Shown one piece after another: positions 1-7,567 of a DNA stretch of 24,823 nucleotides. A program made the position numbers and the translations under genes. The DNA is taken from IMG/VR virus record IMGVR_UViG_3300031647_000054, positions 1-24,823 of that record; one strand, 5' to 3'. Every line of letters starts with the position of its first letter. Position 1 is the stretch's first letter. Under the pieces are notes generated by a model. It saw only the letters and a list, made by a program, of their open reading frames with translations, ran no database searches and had not been told where the DNA came from. Source of the DNA: a virus. Its lineage: Duplodnaviria > Caudoviricetes.

Positions 1-46
1 CAGCAATCTGAGAATTTAATTCTTTCTTCTGTTTAAATGTAGACAT
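1..46 (-). CDS. 5' end of the gene following the major capsid gene (partial; MSTFKQKKELNSQIA...)
   Basis: ATG at 46 (-) preceded by AAGGAAAG; the frame stays open to the window edge. Confidence 0.55.
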   Translation of the reverse strand, partial: MSTFKQKKELNSQIA

Positions 47-61
47 AATCTTTCCTTAAGT

Positions 62-103
62 AAAAGAAAAGGGAACTCCCTAGAAGTCTAAGTAGTTCCC
101 TTT
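62..103 (-). terminator. Rho-independent terminator downstream of the major capsid gene
   Basis: Stem AAAGGGAACT (68-77)/AGTTCCCTTT (94-103), followed on - by a T-rich tail (TTTTCTTTT). Confidence 0.7.
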
Positions 104-132
104 GTAGAAGGCTAAATCAATAGCCTATGCAT

Positions 133-1044
133 TTACGCAGGAAGCGCAATGGCGACAGCAGAAGTATCACGTAGTACACCAGTACCGTAGATAGTATCGC
201 TGGTGAACAAGTCAGCTAAGAACTCTTGCTTGTACTGAGTCTGTGAACGAACAGCCATCTGCTCTGCAAACACAAACGCATCCTTATGCATCAACATACC
301 AACTTTGGCAGTACCGTCAACTGGACAGTTGTTGCTGATGTAAATGTCTACGCCGTACAAGTTACCAATCTTACCGTTAACAACAGTTTGACCACCAACA
401 AAATCAGAAGAGGTATAACGATCAATACCCATGATAGAGTTACGAGCAGAAGGAGGAAGGATCAAAGAACGACCATCCATAGGTACATCTGCATCATCTA
501 ACTTCTGAATCAAGTTACGGAAACCAGCATCAGTAAAGGCTAAAGCACCAGTACCAGCATAGTCAGAAAGAACACCAGTAGCACTCATCTTCTGAGCCTT
601 AGCCCAAGTAGTACCGTTACCACCGTTAGCAGACTTACCTAACAAGAAGATATCGTCTTCAACTTTCTTAGCCAAAGAATAACCAGCATCGCCAGTATAG
701 AACTTACGCATAGAAGCTTGAGCTTGAATGTCAGTAATATCTTCGATCATACGTGAGTATTCAAAGTGCTTGTCGATAAGGATAGCCAATTGACTAGCAG
801 TATCGTTTTGGATTGTTACTGCTGTACCAGAAACTTTGGCAGTAGCAGAGCCACGGTTAGGCTTAGGGATGAAAATAGTATCACCCTTCTTACCTGACAT
901 AGGCATTTTGTTCACTAGGTTTGCAACAACCAATTCCTTCTTATAAGCAGCGATGATTTCATCACTCCAAATCTCAGGGATAAAGTTAGCAGAAGTAGTG
1001 TTGTTTGTTACGCCGCCTTGTGCGGGATATACTGAAGTAGCCAT
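133..1044 (-). CDS. Major capsid protein (HK97 fold, P22-coat/N4-like)
   Basis: 303 aa; N-terminal FIPEIWS, GDTIFIP, LDDADVPMDGRSLILPP, GKIGNLYGVDIYISNN, C-terminal DTIYGTGVLR; follows the scaffold gene; RBS TAGGA. Confidence 0.88.
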   Translation of the reverse strand: MATSVYPAQGGVTNNTTSANFIPEIWSDEIIAAYKKELVVANLVNKMPMSGKKGDTIFIPKPNRGSATAKVSGTAVTIQNDTASQLAILIDKHFEYSRMIEDITDIQAQASMRKFYTGDAGYSLAKKVEDDIFLLGKSANGGNGTTWAKAQKMSATGVLSDYAGTGALAFTDAGFRNLIQKLDDADVPMDGRSLILPPSARNSIMGIDRYTSSDFVGGQTVVNGKIGNLYGVDIYISNNCPVDGTAKVGMLMHKDAFVFAEQMAVRSQTQYKQEFLADLFTSDTIYGTGVLRDTSAVAIALPA

Positions 1045-1071
1045 TATAATAATTTCCTAATATAAAATAGA

Positions 1072-1860
1072 TTAACGAACTCTACCTTCTGCATACGCTT
1101 TCATTATAACGTCATTGTTAGCAAGGTAGCGATCGGGTTCGTACTGCATCATGTGTAATAGTTCTGATCGCTTTAGGAACTTCTTAGTAGTCTCACCAGA
1201 GCCTCGTGCTGAACCATTACTTCCACTCTTAAGAGAACGCTTACGATCTCCTTCGGTAGCAGCCTTAGCTCCTGCAACTAACTCCTGTTGTTCTTTCCAA
1301 GTTGTAAACAAATCGTCAGCAGCGTCAAAGTCAAACTCTGCATCTGCCCGTTGTAACTTCTTAGTCCGAGCCTGAGACTTACCAACCCACTCTTGGAATC
1401 CACTATCATTCACTATATCCATCGCATCTGGATGGGTTGCAAAGATCCTGTCTCGTGTTTCCATCTTAGCTAACTTCTCAGTAGCTTCTTTAGCTGCTTT
1501 CAAAGCTGGATGGTTTTCTAATTTCTTATCAAGGGTTGCGTTAGGATTCTCTAAGAAATCCAGATCACTTACCTCTTCCTGTCCCGATTCTTTAGCGGCT
1601 GATTTATTTACTATAAATTCATCTACCAGCTTTCTCAACTCACCTACTTCATTGCCCTGTCGACCTGCCATCTTTTCGGCTTCTTGGTGCATTCGGACTA
1701 ATTCAGCAGCAGACTTGCCCCGATACTTATCAGGTACCTCTTCCTCTTGATCAGTTTGCTCTTCTTCTGGAGAGGCTGCTTCAAGTGATTCCGTTAAGGA
1801 TTGATATTCTTCATCGTCTGCTAGTTGAGGTTCTTGGTTGCCATCTAAAAATTGTGCCAT
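1072..1860 (-). CDS. Capsid scaffolding protein
   Basis: 262 aa acidic and helical; VPDKYRGKS, QGNEVGELRK, C-terminal IMKAYAEGRVR; directly upstream of the capsid gene. Confidence 0.78.
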   Translation of the reverse strand: MAQFLDGNQEPQLADDEEYQSLTESLEAASPEEEQTDQEEEVPDKYRGKSAAELVRMHQEAEKMAGRQGNEVGELRKLVDEFIVNKSAAKESGQEEVSDLDFLENPNATLDKKLENHPALKAAKEATEKLAKMETRDRIFATHPDAMDIVNDSGFQEWVGKSQARTKKLQRADAEFDFDAADDLFTTWKEQQELVAGAKAATEGDRKRSLKSGSNGSARGSGETTKKFLKRSELLHMMQYEPDRYLANNDVIMKAYAEGRVR

Positions 1861-1924
1861 GTTTGCTCCGTACTATCTAGTATTATGGAATTTATATAAA
1901 TGAGGTTACTTCCGAAAAGAAGTC

Positions 1925-2155
1925 TCAAGATTTACTACGTTCTGTCTGCAGCTGTTTTTGGCGTTGCTTAGACCATTTGATTGTAGCCCCTGCAAAGTCT
2001 CCTGAGAGGGGATCTAACTTACTCATGGGTGCAGCTAGTTGTCGCTGAGACAGTTCGTTACATATAGAGCATACACTTTCCCGATCATCGGAGCGTACAT
2101 ACTTCTCTTCTATGTAACTACATCCACTACATTTGAAATCATAAACTCGAATCAT
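1925..2155 (-). CDS. FmdB-like zinc-ribbon protein
   Basis: YDFKCSGC...CSIC (CxxC-x17-CxxC) followed by QRQLAAP, the FmdB/Zn_ribbon_8 pattern. Confidence 0.72.
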   Translation of the reverse strand: MIRVYDFKCSGCSYIEEKYVRSDDRESVCSICNELSQRQLAAPMSKLDPLSGDFAGATIKWSKQRQKQLQTERSKS

Positions 2156-2393
2156 TTATGAAATCCTCATAAGAGTTCTTAATACCATCTTCAAAGCTTA
2201 GTAGCTTTCCAATGATATCAAGTTGTCCTTGACGGTAGTGTAATTCTTTTTCAGTCTTACAAGTGACAAGGTCTCGGAGAGATTCCTCCGATTCCGTAAA
2301 GTCTTCTAGTAAACTCTTCCATCCTTCTGTTAGAAAAATATCAATTAAAGAATTGTAATATCGTTCTAACTCAGGATCTGTATCTGTTATCAT
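2139..2393 (-). CDS. Hypothetical phage protein (head module)
   Basis: Start revised to ATG 2393 (MITDTDPELERYY...), RBS AAGGAG at 2401-2406; motifs FLTEGWK and LHYRQGQL; lies between portal and scaffold. Confidence 0.7.
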   Translation of the reverse strand: MITDTDPELERYYNSLIDIFLTEGWKSLLEDFTESEESLRDLVTCKTEKELHYRQGQLDIIGKLLSFEDGIKNSYEDFINDSSL

Positions 2394-2417
2394 TGCGTTT
2401 CTCCTTGTTAGGACGCA

Positions 2418-2436
2418 GTTGAGAATGATTCTCATT
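2418..2436. promoter_or_regulatory. Fur-box-like operator
   Basis: Perfect 7-1-7 palindrome TGAGAAT-G-ATTCTCA (2420-2434), matching the Fur consensus TGA(T/G)AAT-N-ATT(A/C)TCA; lies between a promoter and an RBS. Confidence 0.65.
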
Positions 2437-2452
2437 TCTATTTAGTGGTAGG

Positions 2453-2481
2453 AGTCTAGCACAGATCTCCTATAAAGTCAA
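2453..2481 (-). promoter_or_regulatory. Sigma70-type internal promoter for the scaffold/capsid genes
   Basis: TTGACT (2481-2476), 17 bp spacer, TAGACT (2458-2453) with extended -10 TG; in the intergenic gap after the portal gene. Confidence 0.72.
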
Positions 2482-2484
2482 GAA

Positions 2485-4428
2485 CTAATTATCATTCATT
2501 TGCTTATTTACTATTGCTTCTTTGCTTTCGATCTCTCGCTCTTTTAATACAAGCTCTGCAATCTTAGCCCGTTTAGCAAACTCTTTCTCATCAGCATCGC
2601 CATCAGCAACATTGGTAGTAAGAACTTTCAAACGATCAGTCTCTGCTTCCATAGGAAGTAGCTGAGTCTCAGTATTATATTTATTAGTACGAGCTTGTGA
2701 CTCCATAGCCTGTCCTTGTAGGACTCCAATGTAAGCTTCCTTCTGCTGCATATCAATCTGAGCAGCTTGCTGTACCATAGGATCTGGTTTAGCAGCTTCT
2801 GATAACTTAGCAATAAGAGCTTCACGGTTAGCAAGGTTCATATTATCTACAACAGATTTAACAAGTTCGGGATACATAGGAGTATCAGGAGACATTGTTT
2901 GTAGTAGTTGTACTAATTGAGAAACCTCATACTCACGAGCAATAACACCTAGAGAGCTAGAAGGAATAAACTTAAAGTCACCAGTAGGGAACTTCTCAGG
3001 GTTGTATTGCATGTAGCGCCATGCAGCTTGCTGTACAAACGGGATAAGGAAACACTCTTGGAAATTAACCAAGGTACGCTTATGACGTTTAATGATAGAA
3101 CCAAGGCCCATAGACACAGCACCAGCAGCCGATTGACCACCAACCATACCAGAGATACCAGCACTATCAATCGCCCCTGTAGCGTTCTGTACCATCCTCT
3201 GAAGGTGTTCAGCTTGACTGAATGTAATATTATCTACACTACCAAAGTGCATTGGTTGTAGTATCTCATTAGGATTACCATTCGTAAGAATAGTTTTTCC
3301 TGGTCTTACTTCCATCTTAGCGCCACGAGGCATACGAGATGCGTCCATCGCCATCATTGGGTGGACAGTCAGAGCTAGTGCATCTATTCGTGCTCGTAAC
3401 TCTGTGTCCAAAGCTTTCTGACTATTGTATCCTTTCTCACAAACACCACGTCCCCAGAAGCGATTAGGTACTACATCCCAAGGGAATGCAACTACAGGAC
3501 GATCCTGCATCATGTAAGGGTTTTCTTCTAGCTTTAGGATACTTGTTCCATTAGCAATCACTGCTACTACTTCTACATAGTTAGAACCATTATCTGTAAG
3601 TGTTTCAGATAGAGAAATAACTTCTTCATCTTCTGAATACAAGTGGGCTTCTAACATTGAACGAGGAAGTAAACCATAGTACTTGGTTAGACGAATACGA
3701 TCTTCATCATAATCATCAATATCATCATTAGCTTCTAGGAAAGAGTACGAAGAGGACGGATCAATGTCCACATCGTCATACACACCTTCTTCTATCAACT
3801 GTTGTACTTGGTGAATAGGAACATACTCATCAATAGCACAGCCTAATGCCTCTTCAATAGAGGAAGCTACTGGGTCTATTAAGAAGTTCTGTGGTAGAAC
3901 AGGACGAACAGTACATGAAACTTCTTTAGTTTCCATAACACCGTAGGTGGCAACTTGACCATCCATAGCAGGTTGTGTTGTAGGAACTCTTCGAGTCTTC
4001 TCTTGTACGACAACCTCACCAATACCTGTACCGAATACAGCAGAGTTTACAATACATTCAGAGATCGCTTGACGTGTCTTGTTAAGAGAGAACTCTTCAC
4101 TCAAAGCATTCTTTAGGTACTCAACATCCCCACGTTCCTTATCGTCCATGTCATCACGGATGTCAAAGAACTTACCACGACCAAACGTAGCTTCTTCTAC
4201 CTCAGCAACACTGCTTTCAACAGCTTGTTGTAGTGCAGGGCTGATTATACGGGAGCGTTCACTCTTACGAAGTGAGTCATCTCCTGCCCAGATACCACGC
4301 CATAGGCGATTGTATTCATCAAATCGTTCTTCATAGTTGGATTCATAATGATCACGCCAACCATCACACTTCTCCATGATCCATTCTTCTGCAGACTCTT
4401 CAAGGAGTAGTACATTTTCATCTGACAT
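2485..4428 (-). CDS. Portal protein
   Basis: 647 aa directly after terL; NSAVFGTG, NFLIDP, PNRFWGRG motifs and a C-terminal coiled coil, typical of podovirus (P22-like) portals. Confidence 0.88.
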   Translation of the reverse strand: MSDENVLLLEESAEEWIMEKCDGWRDHYESNYEERFDEYNRLWRGIWAGDDSLRKSERSRIISPALQQAVESSVAEVEEATFGRGKFFDIRDDMDDKERGDVEYLKNALSEEFSLNKTRQAISECIVNSAVFGTGIGEVVVQEKTRRVPTTQPAMDGQVATYGVMETKEVSCTVRPVLPQNFLIDPVASSIEEALGCAIDEYVPIHQVQQLIEEGVYDDVDIDPSSSYSFLEANDDIDDYDEDRIRLTKYYGLLPRSMLEAHLYSEDEEVISLSETLTDNGSNYVEVVAVIANGTSILKLEENPYMMQDRPVVAFPWDVVPNRFWGRGVCEKGYNSQKALDTELRARIDALALTVHPMMAMDASRMPRGAKMEVRPGKTILTNGNPNEILQPMHFGSVDNITFSQAEHLQRMVQNATGAIDSAGISGMVGGQSAAGAVSMGLGSIIKRHKRTLVNFQECFLIPFVQQAAWRYMQYNPEKFPTGDFKFIPSSSLGVIAREYEVSQLVQLLQTMSPDTPMYPELVKSVVDNMNLANREALIAKLSEAAKPDPMVQQAAQIDMQQKEAYIGVLQGQAMESQARTNKYNTETQLLPMEAETDRLKVLTTNVADGDADEKEFAKRAKIAELVLKEREIESKEAIVNKQMNDN

Positions 4429-4430
4429 AA

Positions 4431-5684
4431 TTAATATCCTGCGATAGCATCCATAAATTCGTACTCGTCTTCCTCATAGTCATACGCATAACTAACCTTA
4501 GCTAACTGGTCAATGTATGCAAGTGAATCTATTAAGTCATCGTGTACTAAGTGATTAGGGAACTGGAATAACTGGTCTAAGAACTCTGTATTCCACTTAC
4601 CTTCGTTTAAAGTTATCTGTCCATGCTCGAATCGGCCTTGTAAAGCCCAGATAATACGGTCTGTCTTTCGTTTATTACCATGAGTTAGTTCCTCGACTCG
4701 AAAGAAGAACTGCTCTTGTTTCATTTTATCTAATAGATAGGGATGTACTGCGTTTTTCAGTGCTCCTTTCTCTACACCTATAGCAAGAGGTTGGTAATCT
4801 CGTACAGCTTGGAAGATTTTATCCGCTGTCTTCTTAACATCCCATCGTCCGTAGATTATATTATCAATCCACCAACCATCAGGCCCACATTTAACAACAG
4901 ATATAGACGTTGTGTCTAGTTTCTTTTGTTTGGATGTAGTCGCTTTCTCTATATCAGCAAAACCCGCGAGATCGACAGAGATATAGTAGTCTCCTTCCGC
5001 AGGTTCTTCTGTATCAAACTCAATCCAGTCCTCACTAAAGACAGCTCCACCAGCAGCTTCAAAGCTAGCTAGGAACTCTTGACGGAATGCAAAGGATGAC
5101 ATACTTCCTTTAGCAGCTTCTATCTCTTCAGGGTCTAGTAGGTCATTATCATAAGAAGTAAAGTGCCAGCTACCAAAAGTAGGATCATCACCTTGTCCAT
5201 GTCTATACAAATCATAGAAATGGTTACGTCCCATAGGCGTACCTATAAAGATAGCTTTACCTTTTTGGTCAGCTAGTGCTGGTCGTAGGATTTGCTCCCA
5301 CACTTCAGGCTTCATGTCAGCATACTCGTCCATAACAAGGAACTTTAAGCTAACACCACGCATAGTCTCTGGTCTATCTGCACCCTTAAGTGCAATCGTA
5401 GTACCATTTATTAATTTTATTTGAAGATTATTAATATGACTACTTTTAATAACACTGTGGCCTAACTCCATAAGAGTTTCCCACATGATGTCTCGTGCTT
5501 GACCCTGAGTAGGGGCAACATAAAACACTTGCCCTTTAGTTGTCTGCAGACCTTCTATGATTAAGGCCCATGCTGCCAACCTACTCTTACCACAACGTCT
5601 CCCTGCTGCAACTACTTTGAATCGAACAGGGTCTTCATAAACTTCTCTTTGCCAATCTAGGAACGCAACATTAAGATCTGTCAT
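4431..5684 (-). CDS. terL: Terminase large subunit
   Basis: Walker A AAGRRCGKS, YVAPT, Walker B LVMDE, coupling motif GTP; nuclease domain SVDLA and HDDLIDSL. Confidence 0.95.
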   Translation of the reverse strand: MTDLNVAFLDWQREVYEDPVRFKVVAAGRRCGKSRLAAWALIIEGLQTTKGQVFYVAPTQGQARDIMWETLMELGHSVIKSSHINNLQIKLINGTTIALKGADRPETMRGVSLKFLVMDEYADMKPEVWEQILRPALADQKGKAIFIGTPMGRNHFYDLYRHGQGDDPTFGSWHFTSYDNDLLDPEEIEAAKGSMSSFAFRQEFLASFEAAGGAVFSEDWIEFDTEEPAEGDYYISVDLAGFADIEKATTSKQKKLDTTSISVVKCGPDGWWIDNIIYGRWDVKKTADKIFQAVRDYQPLAIGVEKGALKNAVHPYLLDKMKQEQFFFRVEELTHGNKRKTDRIIWALQGRFEHGQITLNEGKWNTEFLDQLFQFPNHLVHDDLIDSLAYIDQLAKVSYAYDYEEDEYEFMDAIAGY

Positions 5685-6343
5685 AGTACTGGGGCGTACC
5701 TAACATTAAGACGTTGACCTTCTGCTACATTACCTTTATTTAACTCATCTTTTACATCTAAGTTAATGTTGGCTAATTCATCTATGCTAGATAGTCCGTG
5801 AGCTTTGGCAATACTATAAGGATTATCGCCCTTCTGGGCTATGTAACTATCTAACATCTCAAACGATGGATCGTATTGACCATATGGGCCTTCTCGTAAT
5901 AGAGCCTGATTTACTGCGTACATTCTATCTTGTATCTGCTGGCTAGTATCTGCGTCAAGATAGTTATCATTATCAAGAAATTCTGCAGCAGCACCTGTAA
6001 AGTCTCCTGCATTTATAAGTGCTCGTGTATCTATACCTTGTCCAAGATCTCCACGATAAGTAGCCTGTACCAATTCAATCTGTAGTTCAGGAGAAAGATT
6101 GTCAAAATCAGGAATCATATTTCGAGTACGATCCACATGATGTTCTAAAACTTCAGGAAAACTTTTATCCATCCACTCTCCTGTTTGTCCCACACCTATA
6201 GTAGGCACTTCGTCCACTGAGTCATCTTTATAGACTTCAGTTGCAAACCCTTCAAGACGAACAACCCTCTCCTCCATAGGAGTTAAGTCTCGTCCTAGCA
6301 TTCCTGCTACATGGTTAACTGCATCGTCTTCATGTAATATCAC
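5681..6343 (-). CDS. Lysozyme (GH24/T4-like muramidase) with C-terminal LysM domain; probable endolysin
   Basis: Catalytic region LEGFATEVYKD...PTIGVG (E-x8-D...T); C-terminal YIAQKGDNPYSIAKAHGL...ELANIN...GQRLNV is LysM-like; probable GTG start at 6343 with GAAGGGG RBS; alternative ATG at 6421. Confidence 0.75.
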   Translation of the reverse strand: MILHEDDAVNHVAGMLGRDLTPMEERVVRLEGFATEVYKDDSVDEVPTIGVGQTGEWMDKSFPEVLEHHVDRTRNMIPDFDNLSPELQIELVQATYRGDLGQGIDTRALINAGDFTGAAAEFLDNDNYLDADTSQQIQDRMYAVNQALLREGPYGQYDPSFEMLDSYIAQKGDNPYSIAKAHGLSSIDELANINLDVKDELNKGNVAEGQRLNVRYAPVL

Positions 6344-6725
6344 TGCATTCCCCTTCAAGGGCATCATCGCCCCCAATAATAGTAGTACCGCCAACACCCG
6401 TAATAGTGATTGACACAGCATTCCTTCCTCCACTCTCATTCTTTTTATCAAAATAAGAAACAGGTAACACACGATCCATACACATCTTAAGAGCTGCTGA
6501 TTGAACAGGATGTCCATCTTCTAACGCTATTTGAATAACCTTATTGATAACCTTATCACCACTCGTTGCTAACAATCTAGCTTTGAGTTCATTGATTCTA
6601 GCAGCATCACCTTTAGGTCTTCCAACTGAATTTCTGTTACCCTTCTTCTTAGCTTCAACATCAGCTTTACGTGGACGACCACGCTTAGGCTTAACAAGAG
6701 AAGACTCTTTATGATCATCTTTCAT
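6330..6725 (-). CDS. terS: Probable terminase small subunit
   Basis: 131 aa; basic N-terminus with KRGRPRK and GRPKG, AALKMCMDRVLP motif; first gene of the late arm, upstream of terL. Confidence 0.65.
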   Translation of the reverse strand: MKDDHKESSLVKPKRGRPRKADVEAKKKGNRNSVGRPKGDAARINELKARLLATSGDKVINKVIQIALEDGHPVQSAALKMCMDRVLPVSYFDKKNESGGRNAVSITITGVGGTTIIGGDDALEGECSDIT

Positions 6726-6853
6726 AACAAACCTATTAGTTGCTTTGTATCTATATAGTCTCTGAACAGTTTGTTATTTACTTATTGATTATAAGTATAA
6801 GGATTATAGATCATAAATCATTATGTTTCTGTTCTGTCCTATATAGTCTGTTG

Positions 6854-6882
6854 ACTATAGCATACTTCCTCTCATAAGTCAA
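6854..6882 (-). promoter_or_regulatory. Sigma70-type promoter of the packaging/structural arm
   Basis: TTGACT (6882-6877), 17 bp spacer, TATAGT (6859-6854) with extended -10 TG. Confidence 0.75.
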
Positions 6883-7068
6883 TAGTTATTTATACATTAA
6901 TTACATAGCCCACCCAAGTCTACATAGGCGGAACTCAGGCGAGTGATATGTCCTCCGCAGTGCTCCTTTATTCTACCCCACATTCTTATCATTACTAATT
7001 AGTATTCTTTTATTTATCATAGAGATAGCGTCAATGATTAAATAGTCAAATTAGCTCTTTTTAGTATC

Positions 7069-7281
7069 TAAGTAGGTACCGCTATTGTGACCCAGCCCGA
7101 TATATGCCCCCCGTCCCTAATGTAGACTACCCTAATGTAGTAGAATCTAATATACAATTGAGACTCATTCTCATTAGATACATTAGACTCCCCTGATATA
7201 CAGAGTGTGAATGGTTAAGTAGGTACCCATAGCATATTTATATAGTACCCCACCTATATATATTAGTTAAGTCTACATTAG
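7069..7281. repeat. Cluster of short direct and inverted repeats
   Basis: TAAGTAGGTACC at 7069-7080 and 7216-7227; CCCTAATGTAG at 7115-7125 and 7130-7140; CTAATGTAGACT (7117-7128) inverted at 7270-7281. Confidence 0.75.
7157..7175. promoter_or_regulatory. Second Fur-box-like palindrome
   Basis: TGAGACT-C-ATTCTCA (7159-7173), one mismatch from a perfect 7-1-7. Confidence 0.5.
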
Positions 7282-7329
7282 CTTCCCCTAATATTCAGCT
7301 AGCTTATGCGCACTATAAGTCTAGCCACC

Positions 7330-7358
7330 TGTACAATTAAATATGGTTAGACTATAAT
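7330..7358 (+). promoter_or_regulatory. Probable early sigma70 promoter
   Basis: TGTACA (7330-7335), 17 bp spacer, TATAAT (7353-7358), upstream of the early genes. Confidence 0.55.
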
Positions 7359-7411
7359 ATATTTGTAGGTTGAGTTAGTCACTAAGTCTTAGTTACTAGC
7401 ACGGCACTGCA

Positions 7412-7423
7412 CGCTCTTTAATA
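7412..7423 (+). promoter_or_regulatory. boxA-like antitermination element
   Basis: CGCTCTTTAATA versus consensus (T/C)GCTCTTTAACA; preceded by a hairpin at 7374-7400. Confidence 0.6.
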
Positions 7424-7515
7424 ACTAGGCTCGATTGTTGGAACAAGGGGTTAGTCCGTCTACATTTCGGATTAGCTTCAACGGGCAAGTGAGCTTAGAT
7501 ATTGACGAGATATAA

Positions 7516-7527
7516 TTTCCTAGGAAA
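7516..7527. repeat. TTTCCTAGGAAA palindrome, copy 1
   Basis: AATTTCCTAGGAAACT at 7514-7529, in the leader of the first early gene. Confidence 0.9.
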
Positions 7528-7567
7528 CTTTCTAGATAAAATCAAAATGAATTGACCACAAGGTAAA

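Larger units (their letters stand above)
6726..7567. other. Divergent non-coding control region; probable junction of the genome termini
   Basis: No ORFs of 60 aa or more; separates oppositely transcribed arms; short direct and inverted repeats and C-tracts. Confidence 0.55.

Noticed and set aside
286-4336. Opposite-strand or alternative-frame ORFs within capsid, scaffold and portal genes (286, 1151, 2628, 2949, 3007, 4079)
   Set aside because: Shadow ORFs fully inside well-supported genes, with no RBS or recognisable motifs.
6422-6517. Full 278-aa version of the lysozyme ORF
   Set aside because: It overlaps terS by about 190 nt with no convincing RBS. Starts at 6343 or 6421 are better supported.
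7502-7530. TTGACG and TATAAT next to palindrome copy 1 as a promoter
   Set aside because: The two hexamers are only 3 bp apart, and neither has a good partner at 16-18 bp.
6726-7567. tRNA or other known ncRNA gene in the large intergenic region
   Set aside because: No cloverleaf or T-loop (GTTCRA) signature was recognised by eye; an Infernal/Rfam search would be needed to exclude it.
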